DNA from: Patescibacteria group bacterium
GTDB taxonomy: Bacteria; Patescibacteriota; Patescibacteriia; Buchananbacterales; UBA6539
Assembly: GCA_041662625.1 (NCBI GenBank)
Contig: JBAZSB010000001.1
Coordinates: forward strand, 118,467 to 182,466
DNA: 64,000 nucleotides
Direction: 5' to 3'
Shown: positions 9,442 to 19,135 of the stretch, one piece after another
Numbering within the stretch: the stretch's first letter is position 1
How the letters are laid out: each line of letters opens with the position of its first letter
Position numbers and translations under genes: made by a program
Notes under the pieces: generated by a model
What the model was told of the DNA's origin: nothing
Database searches by the model: none
The model's input: the letters and a program-made list of their open reading frames with translations, nothing else

Positions 9442-10677
9442 ATGCTTCAATCTAAACTTTTTGGTAAAACTTTAAAAGAACCGCCAAAAGACGAAGTCAG
9501 TATCAATGCGGTTATGCTTACCCGGGGCGGGTTTATTGATAAACTTACAGCCGGGGTTTATACTTATCTGCCGCTGGGTTTACGGGTTTTAAATAAAATT
9601 AAACAGATTGTTCGCGAAGAAATGAATGCCATCGATGGTCAAGAAATTTTAATGCCGGCTTTGCATCCTAAAGAAATCTGGGAAATCACCGGCCGCTGGA
9701 CTGATCCGGGTAAAGAGGTAATGTTTGAATTCAAGGGCAGAAGTAATAAAGAATATGGCTTAGGCTGGACCCACGAAGAAGTAATTACACCGCTAGTAAA
9801 AAAATTCGTTAATTCCTACAAAGATTTGCCAGTTTATCTTTACCAAATTCAGGATAAATTCCGAAACGAGCCGCGGGCCAAATCCGGGCTTTTGCGCGGC
9901 ATCGAATTTTCCATGAAAGATTTATACAGTTTTAATCGTAATGAAAAGGATTTAGAAGAATATTATCAGGAGGCCTTACAAGCTTATAGCAAAGTATTTA
10001 AGCGCTGCGGTTTGGACGCATTAGTAGTTGAAGCTTCAGGCGGCAGCTTTTCCAAATATTCTCATGAGTTTCAAGTTTTAACACCATATGGCGAAGACAC
10101 GATTTATTTTTGTGAAAAATGCCATTATGCCCAAAACAAAGATATCGCTACAGTGAAAGCTGGTGATCGATGCCCTAAGTGCGGGGGTGAAATTAAAGAA
10201 GGCAAAGCAATAGAAGTGAGCAATATTTTTCCTTTAAAAACAAAATATTCCGAGCCTTTTAAGCTGGAATATGTTGATGAAGATGGCAAGAAAAAACCAG
10301 TGATGATGGGTTGCTATGGCATTGGGCCAAGCCGGGTAATGGGCTCGGTGGTTGAAGTTTTTCACGACGAAAAAGGCATTATTTGGCCTGAAAGTATCGC
10401 GCCTTTTAAAGTCCACTTGTTGGTTTTGGGGACTGAAGGGGCGGTTGTCAAAAAAGCTAAAGAGGTGTACGATAAATTACTTAAAAGCGATGTTGAAGTC
10501 TTATTTGATGACCGGACTGAAATCAGCGCCGGTCAGAAATTTGCCGAGGCGGATTTGCTGGGTATCCCTTACCGTTTAGTGGTTTCGGGCAAAACTGGCG
10601 ACCAAATTGAAGTTAAAAAACGAAGTGAAACTAAAGCGGAAATAATGGCTTTAGATAAATTGATAAAAAAATTGTAA
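9442..10677 (+). CDS. proS: Prolyl-tRNA synthetase, short form lacking the INS editing domain
   Basis: Class II aaRS motifs, ProRS N-terminus (LTRGGFIDKL.GVYTYLPLG), Cys4 cluster; 411 aa. Confidence 0.85.
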   Translation: MLQSKLFGKTLKEPPKDEVSINAVMLTRGGFIDKLTAGVYTYLPLGLRVLNKIKQIVREEMNAIDGQEILMPALHPKEIWEITGRWTDPGKEVMFEFKGRSNKEYGLGWTHEEVITPLVKKFVNSYKDLPVYLYQIQDKFRNEPRAKSGLLRGIEFSMKDLYSFNRNEKDLEEYYQEALQAYSKVFKRCGLDALVVEASGGSFSKYSHEFQVLTPYGEDTIYFCEKCHYAQNKDIATVKAGDRCPKCGGEIKEGKAIEVSNIFPLKTKYSEPFKLEYVDEDGKKKPVMMGCYGIGPSRVMGSVVEVFHDEKGIIWPESIAPFKVHLLVLGTEGAVVKKAKEVYDKLLKSDVEVLFDDRTEISAGQKFAEADLLGIPYRLVVSGKTGDQIEVKKRSETKAEIMALDKLIKKL

Positions 10678-10701
10678 GTTTACCAGTTTGATTTTCTTAT
10701 T

Positions 10702-11760
10702 ATGTTCAACAAATTATTCAAAAAATTTTCCCGCGATGTTGGGATTGACCTAGGGACTTCTAATACCTTGATTTACGTTAAAGATCGAGGGATTGTGGTT
10801 AATGAGTCGTCAATTGTCGCCATCAATAATCGTAATGATCAGATTTTAGCGGTAGGTGAAGAGGCACAAAAGATGGTGGGCAAAACACCACCCCATATCA
10901 CAATTTCTAAACCTTTGGTTGATGGCATAATTTCTGATTTTGAAGTGACGGAAAAAATGCTTAAATATTTCATTGGCCGAATTTCTCGGGAAAGCTTTGG
11001 TCTTTCCCCACGGCCGCGAGTGGTAATTGGCGTACCTTTGGATGTGACGGAAGTGGAAAAAAAGGCCGTGGAAGACGTAGTCTTGTCTGCTGGCGCCCGG
11101 GAAGTTTATCTGGTGGAAAATGTAGTTGCTACAGCAATCGGCGCTAGGCTGCCAATTCAGGACCCGTCAGGCAGTATGGTCGTTGATCTGGGCGGTGGGG
11201 TTACTGAGATTGCCGTGATTTCTCTTTCTGGTGTTGTTGCCTGGAAATCACTGCGGACGGCGGGTAATAAATTGAATCAAGATATTATGCAGTTTGCCCG
11301 AAGTGAATTTAACTTATTGGTTGGTGAACGAGTTGCTGAAGATATTAAAATTAAAGCCGGTCGGGTAATGGACTCCGGTGAATCAGTTGAATTAAGGATG
11401 CGGGGGCGAGATTTAATGACTGGTTTGCCAAAAGAAGTTATTATTACCACCGACCAGGTTAGGCAAGCTCTCCAGCGATCAATTGCCACCATTATTGATG
11501 GCATTAAAAGCACATTAGAAATTACTCCGCCGGAACTAGTGGCTGACATTTACCAGCGAGGTATGGTTTTGGCCGGTGGGGGAGCAATGTTGGCTGGCTT
11601 AGATAAAATTATCGCTCAAACGACTAAAATACCGATTAAAGTTATAGAAGATGCCTTGACTTGCGCCGTTAGGGGCATGGGCTTGATTTTGGAAGATGAA
11701 AATTTGCTTAAAGAGGTCGCCGTGCCTTCGTCAACTCAAGAAGAAAAAAACTCTAGATAA
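10702..11760 (+). CDS. mreB: MreB paralogue (copy 2) heading the mreBCD-mrdA cluster
   Basis: VGIDLGTSNTLIYV; 352 aa. Confidence 0.85.
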   Translation: MFNKLFKKFSRDVGIDLGTSNTLIYVKDRGIVVNESSIVAINNRNDQILAVGEEAQKMVGKTPPHITISKPLVDGIISDFEVTEKMLKYFIGRISRESFGLSPRPRVVIGVPLDVTEVEKKAVEDVVLSAGAREVYLVENVVATAIGARLPIQDPSGSMVVDLGGGVTEIAVISLSGVVAWKSLRTAGNKLNQDIMQFARSEFNLLVGERVAEDIKIKAGRVMDSGESVELRMRGRDLMTGLPKEVIITTDQVRQALQRSIATIIDGIKSTLEITPPELVADIYQRGMVLAGGGAMLAGLDKIIAQTTKIPIKVIEDALTCAVRGMGLILEDENLLKEVAVPSSTQEEKNSR

Positions 11761-11792
11761 TATATGTATTCGTATTTATTAGCATCGCGTCC

Positions 11793-12608
11793 ATGTTTAA
11801 ATTTTTAAGACAAAGTCGATTATCCCTAATTTTATTAGCAGTGGCAGTTCTGCTAATTTTTTTGCATTATTCTGGTGTTGTTAGGCCAATTGAAAATTTG
11901 GCAATAAAAGTTTTTTCGCCTGTCCAAAGTCGAGTTTATTCTTTGGGTGTTAAAATTAATAATATTTATTCTAATCTTTCAGTGAATAAGGATTTAGCGG
12001 GGGAAAATCGCAGGCTGAATGAAGAAGTAAATCAGTTGACAGTTGCTAATTCTCAACTCAAAACCCAGCTTCAAGAATTTCAAGAATTCAAAGTTCAGCA
12101 AGATTTTGTTGCCTCGGCTGGCCTTGGGGCAATCGCTGCTAAAGTGATTGGTAAAAATCTAGAGCCTAATTCTCAGTCGATTATCCTTAATAAAGGCAGT
12201 GATGACGGGATTAGAGTTGATTTTCCTTTAATCACAGCTGATGGTGTTATTGTTGGCAAAATATCACGCGTTAAAGCCAGTAGCGCTGAAGCGATCTTAA
12301 TCAATGATTCCAGAAGTCGAATAGCGGTTTTGGTCCAAAATGAAGCAAATAGCCAGGGTGTGGTTGTTGGTGAACATGGTTTAAGTTTAAGAATTGAATT
12401 AATTCCTCCCAATGACCTGATTAAAGAAGATGATATGGTAGTGACTTCTGGCCTTGAGCCAACAATCCCGCGGGGGTTAGTGGTTGGTAAAATTAGTCGA
12501 ATTTTAAGTGAACCAAACAGTTTTTTTCAAACAGCAGCGATTCGGCCACAAGTTAAAATTGATAGTTTGACCGTAGTTACAGTTTTAATCAGTCCAGATT
12601 ATGACTAA
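11793..12608 (+). CDS. mreC: Rod-shape-determining protein MreC
   Basis: N-terminal TM, coiled-coil then beta-rich domain; position after mreB. Confidence 0.75.
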   Translation: MFKFLRQSRLSLILLAVAVLLIFLHYSGVVRPIENLAIKVFSPVQSRVYSLGVKINNIYSNLSVNKDLAGENRRLNEEVNQLTVANSQLKTQLQEFQEFKVQQDFVASAGLGAIAAKVIGKNLEPNSQSIILNKGSDDGIRVDFPLITADGVIVGKISRVKASSAEAILINDSRSRIAVLVQNEANSQGVVVGEHGLSLRIELIPPNDLIKEDDMVVTSGLEPTIPRGLVVGKISRILSEPNSFFQTAAIRPQVKIDSLTVVTVLISPDYD

Positions 12609-13143
12609 AATTTTAGTTAATTTATTTTCTCTAGTTATTCTCGGCATTATTCAGGTCAGTTTTTTAACGACTTGGTTGCCACCAATTAGTAATTTAAATT
12701 TGATTTTGAGTTTAGTGATTTTTTTGACAGTAATTATTAATTATCAAAAAGGCTTATGGTGGGCGCTGGGGGGAGGTTTGTTTCTGGAACTTTATAGTGG
12801 TTTAAATTTTGGTGTAACAACGCTTAGCTTAATTCTGGTTGTAGTGGAAATTAATTTTTTATTTAATAATTTTTTTACTAATCGTTCCCTTTATTCTTTA
12901 ATGATTTTAGGCTTTTTAGGCTCGCTTACTTATAATTTATTAGTTTTAATTTTTAGTTTGGTCGCTTCCGCTTTTGGTGTTTTTAGTTTAGGGATCAATT
13001 TTTGGCTTTATTTTTTCTGGCCGCCAATTTTAAATTTAGTTATTTTAGCCATTATCTTTTTTTCTTATTATATCTCAACGGTCAGACTAAAAAATATCTT
13101 TTTATTTCACTCATCAGGCTATGAAACAAAGGGCAAATTTTAA
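12601..13143 (+). CDS. mreD: Rod-shape-determining protein MreD (polytopic membrane protein)
   Basis: Hydrophobic 180 aa, between mreC and PBP2. Confidence 0.6.
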   Translation: MTKILVNLFSLVILGIIQVSFLTTWLPPISNLNLILSLVIFLTVIINYQKGLWWALGGGLFLELYSGLNFGVTTLSLILVVVEINFLFNNFFTNRSLYSLMILGFLGSLTYNLLVLIFSLVASAFGVFSLGINFWLYFFWPPILNLVILAIIFFSYYISTVRLKNIFLFHSSGYETKGKF

Positions 13144-15085
13144 TCCCTTTATTCTGACGGGCAGTCAGAAATTGAGGAATTATTCTGTAGCCACTAAATC
13201 CAAACGCCGGTGGTTTGAAGTGGATCTATTTAGTGATAAACAAAATCAAGAGGGAAATGATTCCCTTAGCCTTTTAATTAGTCAAAAAATTATCAATTGG
13301 TGGTTGATTATTATTTTAGTTGGGATTTTAGCCCTGGTGGGACGGACGGCCTATCTGCAGTTAGTTAAAGGTGATGATTTCCGGGCAATTGCTGAAGGTA
13401 ACCGAATCCGGATTAGAGATATTAAAGCGGCCCGGGGAGTAATTTATGATCGTAGCCGTAATTTATTGGTCGAAAATGTGCCTAGTTTTTCTTTAGCCAT
13501 CATTCCGGTTGATTTACCTAAAGATAAAGCTGAGTTACAGCAATTGGCCGAAGGCATTGCGCCGATTGCTCAGAAATCCGCCTCTGAGATTAATCAAATT
13601 TTAACTAGTCAACCGTTGTATTCTTATCAGCCGGTAGAAATTGCCGAAAATTTAAATCATGACCAGGCGATTTTAACCCAGATTCTTTCCAGCCATTTCA
13701 CCGGAGTAATTTTAAAGACTAATAGTACTCGTCATTATTTAACCACCATTGATCAACCAAGCTTATCCCATATTTTAGGTTATCCAGGTAAAATTGAGGA
13801 AGAAAAATTACAAGACTATTTAGCTGAAGGTTATTCCATTGATGATTATATTGGTAAAGCTGGCCTAGAGTTTTTTTATGAAACTGAGCTTAAGGGGGTT
13901 AACGGCCGGGAACAGGTTGAAGTCGATGCCACTGGCCAGGCGAAAGAAGTTTTAGCTCAGCAGAAGTCGATTTCGGGTCAAAACTTAGTTTTGACTATTG
14001 ATTCGGATTTACAAAAGCAGGCGCAAGACAGTTTATCCCGGGCTTTGGGTGCTTCTAGCAAAAAAAAGGGAGCCGTTATTGTTTTGGACCCTAATTCCGG
14101 GCAAGTTTTAGCCCTGGTTAGTCTGCCTGCCTTTGATAATAATTTATTTAGTCAGGGTATTTCCAGTGTGGATTTTAGTAAATTATTAGACGACTTGAGC
14201 CAGCCGCTTTTCTCCCGCGCCGTTTCGGGTGAATATCCTTCCGGTTCAACTTTTAAATTGGTGGTTTCTGCCGCTGCCTTGCAAGAAGGCATTATTAATG
14301 AATCAACCAGGTTTTTGAGCACTGGTGGCATTGCCGTTGATCGATGGTTTTTCCCCGATTGGAAAGCCGGCGGCCATGGCTGGACTAATGTGACAAAAGC
14401 CCTAGCCGAGTCAGTCAATACTTTCTTTTATATTATCGGCGGTGGCTACGAAGATTTCGTTGGTTTGGGGGTTGATAAGATGAAAGAATATGCGGAGAAA
14501 TTTGGTTTAAATAATAAATTAGGCATTGATTTACCCAATGAAGCCTCAGGCTTTTTTCCGAGTGTGGCTTGGAAAAATCAAACTAAAGGCGAGAAATGGT
14601 TTATTGGTGATACTTATCATGTGGCAATCGGCCAGGGTGATATTATAGTTACGCCCTTGCAGGTGGCTGCCTGGACTTCAGTTATTGCTAATGGTGGCAC
14701 GCTTTATAAACCGCACCTTATCAAAGAGCTATTGGATTCAGATAATCAAGTGACTAGTGAAATCAAGCCTCAAGTTTTGAATGAAAATTTCATTAGTCAA
14801 GAAAATATTGATATTGTTAAGCGCGGTTTGCGTTTAGCCGTAACTACGGGCAGCGCCAAAGGTCTATTTAGTCTGCCGCTTCCCGTGGCCGCCAAAACCG
14901 GTACTGCCCAATGGTCAAGTACCAAGCCGCCACACGCTTGGCTGACTGCTTTTGCTCCATACTCTAAGCCGCAAATTGTTGTAACGATTTTAGTTGAGGA
15001 AGCCGGCGAAGGCTCAAGCGTGGCTTTACCAGTAGCTTATGATATCATCAATTGGTGGGCCACTAATCGTTATTCATCAAATTAA
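13121..15085 (+). CDS. mrdA: Penicillin-binding protein 2 (peptidoglycan D,D-transpeptidase)
   Basis: SGSTFK active site, SxN, KTGT; 654 aa. Confidence 0.85.
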   Translation: MKQRANFNPFILTGSQKLRNYSVATKSKRRWFEVDLFSDKQNQEGNDSLSLLISQKIINWWLIIILVGILALVGRTAYLQLVKGDDFRAIAEGNRIRIRDIKAARGVIYDRSRNLLVENVPSFSLAIIPVDLPKDKAELQQLAEGIAPIAQKSASEINQILTSQPLYSYQPVEIAENLNHDQAILTQILSSHFTGVILKTNSTRHYLTTIDQPSLSHILGYPGKIEEEKLQDYLAEGYSIDDYIGKAGLEFFYETELKGVNGREQVEVDATGQAKEVLAQQKSISGQNLVLTIDSDLQKQAQDSLSRALGASSKKKGAVIVLDPNSGQVLALVSLPAFDNNLFSQGISSVDFSKLLDDLSQPLFSRAVSGEYPSGSTFKLVVSAAALQEGIINESTRFLSTGGIAVDRWFFPDWKAGGHGWTNVTKALAESVNTFFYIIGGGYEDFVGLGVDKMKEYAEKFGLNNKLGIDLPNEASGFFPSVAWKNQTKGEKWFIGDTYHVAIGQGDIIVTPLQVAAWTSVIANGGTLYKPHLIKELLDSDNQVTSEIKPQVLNENFISQENIDIVKRGLRLAVTTGSAKGLFSLPLPVAAKTGTAQWSSTKPPHAWLTAFAPYSKPQIVVTILVEEAGEGSSVALPVAYDIINWWATNRYSSN

Positions 15086-15104
15086 TTATTATATTGATAT
15101 TGAC

Positions 15105-15400
15105 TTTTTAGGCAAAGGGTGATAATCTTCATTAGCTCTGCAGTCCTTTGCCTTTATTATCTCGGCAGGTAGAAGTCCCAGCCACGTCCTTTCCTTTGTC
15201 TGATCGAGGCAGAACATGCGACTCTTCCGCGGAGGCGCCTTCCCGTTGCTGCATGTGCAGAATCGGGGTTTTGATCAGAAAAGTCAAGGATGTTTCGCCT
15301 CGGGCGAGTAACGGCTTAAACTTCCAACTCGAAGTTTTCTTCCGGCTAGTGGTTTGTTACGCTAGCACCCGAAGAGCTTCTACCTGCTTTTCTTTTTTAG
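15105..15400 (+). ncRNA. GC-rich structured RNA candidate of unknown class (RNase P, SRP or tmRNA identity could not be established)
   Basis: About 50% GC island in 35% GC context; 11-bp long-range stem gcaggtagaag(15165-75)/cttctacctgc(15378-88); hairpin ggcaaagg...cctttgcc; only a spurious ORF. Confidence 0.35.
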
Positions 15401-15598
15401 AGGTTTGACTTTACTTTAGTGGGGGGTTATAATTAACGAAATAATTTTCGACTGTGGATAAGTCTTGTCTTAAATCCTGTGATGACAGACTGAGAGAACC
15501 AAGATAAGCACTACCTTAAAGATCTCAACAATGTTATAAAATTTTTATTCCCAAAAGGTTAATTTATCCTCTTTTTTTATAAATCAAAATTTGAAAAT

Positions 15599-16057
15599 AT
15601 GGGTCTTAATTATATCACTAAAGAAGGGCTGCAAAAGCTAAGAGAAGAGCTAGAATACTTGAGAAAGACAAAGATGCCTGACGTAGTTGAAAGGATCGCC
15701 CGAGCTAAAGAGCTTGGTGATTTATCCGAAAATGCCGAGTACCAAGATGCTAAAGACGAACAGGGTTTTATCGCTGGCCGGATTGCTGAACTCGAAAATT
15801 TAATTAATAAGTCAGAGATTATTCGGGCCAATGGTAGCAAGGAAGTCGTTAATATCGGTTGTACGATTAAAGTCCGCTGTGGCCAGGATGAATATAGCTA
15901 CACCATCGTTGGCTCTAACGAAGCCAATCCTAGCAAAGGCTTAATTTCCAATGAATCGCCCATTGGTCGGGCATTTTTGGGTTGCAAAAAGGGCGAGAAG
16001 GTTATTGTCACAATTCCTCGAGGTGAAATGGAGTGTGAAATTTTAGAGATTTCTTAG
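15599..16057 (+). CDS. greA: Transcription elongation factor GreA
   Basis: Coiled-coil N-terminus + FKBP-like C-terminus; 152 aa. Confidence 0.9.
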   Translation: MGLNYITKEGLQKLREELEYLRKTKMPDVVERIARAKELGDLSENAEYQDAKDEQGFIAGRIAELENLINKSEIIRANGSKEVVNIGCTIKVRCGQDEYSYTIVGSNEANPSKGLISNESPIGRAFLGCKKGEKVIVTIPRGEMECEILEIS

Positions 16058-16078
16058 TCAGCTTATTGATTTACTCAG

Positions 16079-16098
16079 GCCGCCGAAAAGGCGGTTTT
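16079..16098 (+). terminator. Rho-independent terminator after greA (ccgcc gaaaag gcgg + tttt)
   Basis: GC stem + T-run. Confidence 0.55.
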
Positions 16099-16146
16099 AG
16101 TTTTGACTAAAGTCAGTATTTTTAGTAAAATATCTATATTAAACAT

Positions 16147-17616
16147 ATGGAAAAGACCTTGAACGACGAGTATCAAACCCGGCTAAATAAGCTGAAAAAG
16201 CTGAAAGAGCAGGGGATTAATCCTTATCCGGATAAATTTGAAAAGACTCAGCTTGTAGCTGAGGTTTTAAAGTTAAAACTGGGCAGCCAGGTTAAAACCG
16301 CTGGCCGGCTTTTGACGATCCGGGAAATGGGCAAGATTTGTTTTTGTCATATTTTGGACAGTTCTGGCAAAATGCAGATTGTTTTGAAGCAGGATGATGT
16401 TGATTTGAAGCAGTTTCTCAAGTTTTTTGACCCCGGCGATTTTATTGGCGTTTCGGGTGAAGTTTTCAAAACCCAGAAAGGCGAGATTTCAATTCTAGTC
16501 AAAGAATGTGTTTTGTTAGGCAAAGCTTTGCGCGGTTTGCCAGAAAAATGGCATGGTTTACAGGACCAGGAATTAAAATATCGCCAGCGCTATTTGGATC
16601 TGTTGGCTAATGATCAAACCTATCAGCGTTTTTTATTTCGCAGTGAATTCATTAAAGTTTTGCGGGAGTTTTACTGGAGTAAAGGTTTTGTTGAGGTGGA
16701 AACTCCGATTTTGACTAACGTTGCTTCTGGTGCTTTAGCTAAACCGTTTAGCACCCATTATAATGCTTTGGACCTTGATGTTTATTTGAGGATTGCGCCA
16801 GAAACTTATTTGAAAGAATGTATAATCGGTGGTCTGGAAAAAGTTTTTGAAATTGGACGGTGTTTTCGTAATGAAGGCATGGACCCTTCCCATCTTCAGG
16901 ATTTTACCATGTGCGAGCATTATGTCGCTTATTGGAACTATCAAGACAATATGAAGTTTACCGAAGAAATGTTTGCTGCAATTTTAGGTAAATTATTTGG
17001 CAGTCTGAAGATTGAAATCAAAGATCGGCAGGGGAAAATCCAAAAAATTGATTTTACCCCGCCTTGGCCAAAAGTTAGTTTTGCTGATTTAATTAAAAAA
17101 GATTGTCAGATTGATATTGATAAATTCGAAACTGCGGCTGACTTAAGAAAAGAGATCAAAAAGAAAAAAATTAAAATCAGCGATATTGATAGCCTCCAGC
17201 GGGGTAATTTGATTGATGCTTTGTATAAAACAGTTTCGCGCGATAAAATTATTCAGCCAACTTTTTTGATTTCTCATCCACTTGATCTATCGCCTCTAGC
17301 TCGGAGCAATGATAAAAAACCAAATACCGTCGATCGTTTCCAGTTGATCGTCAATACCTGGGAAATCATTAACGCCTATTCCGAGCTGGTTGATCCGCTT
17401 GACCAGAAAGAACGTTTTGCTAATCAGGCTAAGGCTAAGGCTGCTGGTGACATTGAGGCTCACGGCAAAGATGACGAATATGTTAAAGCCTTGGAACACG
17501 GTGCGCCGCCAATTTCAGGCTGGGGAATGGGTGTTGACCGAATTATTACTTTATTAACCCAACAAGATAATTTAAGGGATGTAGTGTTATTTCCGCTACT
17601 TCGTCCCGAAAAATAA
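16147..17616 (+). CDS. lysS: Lysyl-tRNA synthetase, class II
   Basis: OB-fold anticodon-binding N-terminus and class II motifs; 489 aa. Confidence 0.9.
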   Translation: MEKTLNDEYQTRLNKLKKLKEQGINPYPDKFEKTQLVAEVLKLKLGSQVKTAGRLLTIREMGKICFCHILDSSGKMQIVLKQDDVDLKQFLKFFDPGDFIGVSGEVFKTQKGEISILVKECVLLGKALRGLPEKWHGLQDQELKYRQRYLDLLANDQTYQRFLFRSEFIKVLREFYWSKGFVEVETPILTNVASGALAKPFSTHYNALDLDVYLRIAPETYLKECIIGGLEKVFEIGRCFRNEGMDPSHLQDFTMCEHYVAYWNYQDNMKFTEEMFAAILGKLFGSLKIEIKDRQGKIQKIDFTPPWPKVSFADLIKKDCQIDIDKFETAADLRKEIKKKKIKISDIDSLQRGNLIDALYKTVSRDKIIQPTFLISHPLDLSPLARSNDKKPNTVDRFQLIVNTWEIINAYSELVDPLDQKERFANQAKAKAAGDIEAHGKDDEYVKALEHGAPPISGWGMGVDRIITLLTQQDNLRDVVLFPLLRPEK

Positions 17617-17626
17617 TTAAAATTAT

Positions 17627-18121
17627 ATGGCATTAACTCTTGGTCAAATCATTTTTCGTTTAGTCCTAGCCGCAGTTTTGTCCGCCGCCATTGGTTTAGA
17701 GCGCGAATATCGGCATAAGCCAGCTGGTTTAAGAACTAATATCTTGGTGGCAGTTGGTTCAACTTTGGTCATGCTCACCTCAATTTATGCCGCTGGTATT
17801 ACCGATCAAGGTGATATTACGCGGATTGCTTCCGGCGTACTTACTGGTATTGGATTTTTGGGAGCTGGGGTAATTATGCGTGGTCGAAGTAAGGATCGAG
17901 AAGATGAGGAAATCGTCCAGGGTATTACCACGGCAGCAACAATTTGGATAGTGGCGGCAATTGGTTTGGCAGTCGGTTTAGGTTTTTATTCGGCCGCTAT
18001 CTTTTCCACCCTTATCGCCTTATTGATCCTTTTTGTTTTTAATAGCGAAAGAATTAGAGATAAATTAGACAATTTAGACAATTTGGATCAGAAAAATAGT
18101 AAAGTGAATAAGCATGAATAG
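17627..18121 (+). CDS. MgtC/SapB family membrane protein
   Basis: LAAVLSAAIGLEREYRHKPAGLRTNILVAVGSTL signature. Confidence 0.75.
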   Translation: MALTLGQIIFRLVLAAVLSAAIGLEREYRHKPAGLRTNILVAVGSTLVMLTSIYAAGITDQGDITRIASGVLTGIGFLGAGVIMRGRSKDREDEEIVQGITTAATIWIVAAIGLAVGLGFYSAAIFSTLIALLILFVFNSERIRDKLDNLDNLDQKNSKVNKHE

Positions 18122-18680
18122 AGAAACCGCTCAAAATTTATTAATTTTGCACCTAAAAGATCCGGCTAACTTGAACCATAGTCGGGAGTCAGAAGTAATA
18201 ATGAGAGCCTTAGCCGGCCATTTGGGAGAAGATCAAGATTATTGGGGCAATTTGGGCTTACTGCATGATATTGATTGGGAATATGGCGAAGATGTCCATT
18301 GTAAGAAATGCCGTGAAATTCTTGGCCAAGCGGGATTTGATGAAGAATTTATTGAAACAATTATTTCGCACGGTTATGGCGTTACGGCTTGCGGGGCGGA
18401 ATTAGCCGCTAAGCAACGCACGACTAAGCTTCAGCATTTGTTAGCTGCCGCCGAGACAATTACCGGTTTAATTTATGCCAGTGCCTTGGTCAGGCCGGAC
18501 AAGAAATTAGAATCAGTCGAGGTCAGTTCAATCAAAAAAAAGATGAAAGATAAATCATTTGCCGCCAAAGTTAACCGGGAAGTGATTCGGGAATGCGAGG
18601 CTGCCGGGATTCCGTTAGATGAATTTATCGCCATCAGTTTAAAGGCGATGAAAGAGATCGCCGGTGAAATCGGAGTTTAA
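18114..18680 (+). CDS. HD-superfamily phosphohydrolase
   Basis: LLHDIDWEYG motif; 188 aa. Confidence 0.5.
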   Translation: MNRETAQNLLILHLKDPANLNHSRESEVIMRALAGHLGEDQDYWGNLGLLHDIDWEYGEDVHCKKCREILGQAGFDEEFIETIISHGYGVTACGAELAAKQRTTKLQHLLAAAETITGLIYASALVRPDKKLESVEVSSIKKKMKDKSFAAKVNREVIRECEAAGIPLDEFIAISLKAMKEIAGEIGV

Positions 18681-18682
18681 TT

Positions 18683-19084
18683 ATGAATAAGGTAATGATT
18701 TTTGGCACTTTTGATGGTTTGCATCCTGGGCATTTAAATTTTTTTGAGCAGGCGAGAAAGTTTGGCGATAAATTGATTGTAGTCGTTGCCAGAGATAAAA
18801 ATGTAAAAAAAGTTAAAGGCCGATTGCCGAAGTTAGGTGATAAGCAAAGATTAATGAAAGTTAATAAAGCGATAAAGCAATATAGTAATAAAGCGGTTTT
18901 GGGCGGGCTAGGGGATCCGCTGGCAGTGATTAGGAAGTTTAAGCCAGACGTGATTTGCCTTGGCTATGATCAGAAAGGTTTTACCAAGGGTTTAGTCGGT
19001 AAGTTTCCAAAGATAAAGATTGTTAGACTAAAGCCTTACAAGGCTGATATTTACAAGTCCTCAAGAATTAATAAGGAATTATAA
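18683..19084 (+). CDS. Cytidylyltransferase-like nucleotidyltransferase (HxGH; FMN-adenylyltransferase/RibL-like)
   Basis: FGTFDGLHPGH motif; 133 aa. Confidence 0.5.
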   Translation: MNKVMIFGTFDGLHPGHLNFFEQARKFGDKLIVVVARDKNVKKVKGRLPKLGDKQRLMKVNKAIKQYSNKAVLGGLGDPLAVIRKFKPDVICLGYDQKGFTKGLVGKFPKIKIVRLKPYKADIYKSSRINKEL

Positions 19085-19106
19085 ACTAGCCCCTAGGCGC
19101 CTAGAG

Positions 19107-19131
19107 CCTAATTCCTAATTCCTAATTCCTA
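19107..19131 (+). repeat. (TAATTCC)x3.5 heptamer tandem repeat ending 4 nt before the serS start codon
   Basis: cctaattcctaattcctaattcctaagatATG; the same repeat precedes the GT2 start at 44185 and a CCTAATC variant precedes rpsK. Confidence 0.8.
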
Positions 19132-19135
19132 AGAT

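Noticed and set aside
15105-15400. Specific call of RNase P RNA, SRP RNA or tmRNA
   Set aside because: Partial look-alike words (GAAGTCC, CCGGCTA; CAAGGCAG-like) but no full CR-I/CR-V, domain-IV or T-arm/tag-ORF consensus could be assembled by eye; left as unclassified.
15148-15408. 86-aa ORF (+) in the mrdA-greA spacer
   Set aside because: Lies wholly inside a GC-rich hairpin-dense segment with no SD; Cys/Arg/Ser-rich low-complexity translation; better explained as a structured RNA.
19085-19135. CRISPR array or other tandem-repeat system at the heptamer tracts
   Set aside because: Units are 7 bp with no spacers; there are no 25-40-bp repeat/spacer periodicities anywhere in the window and no cas genes.
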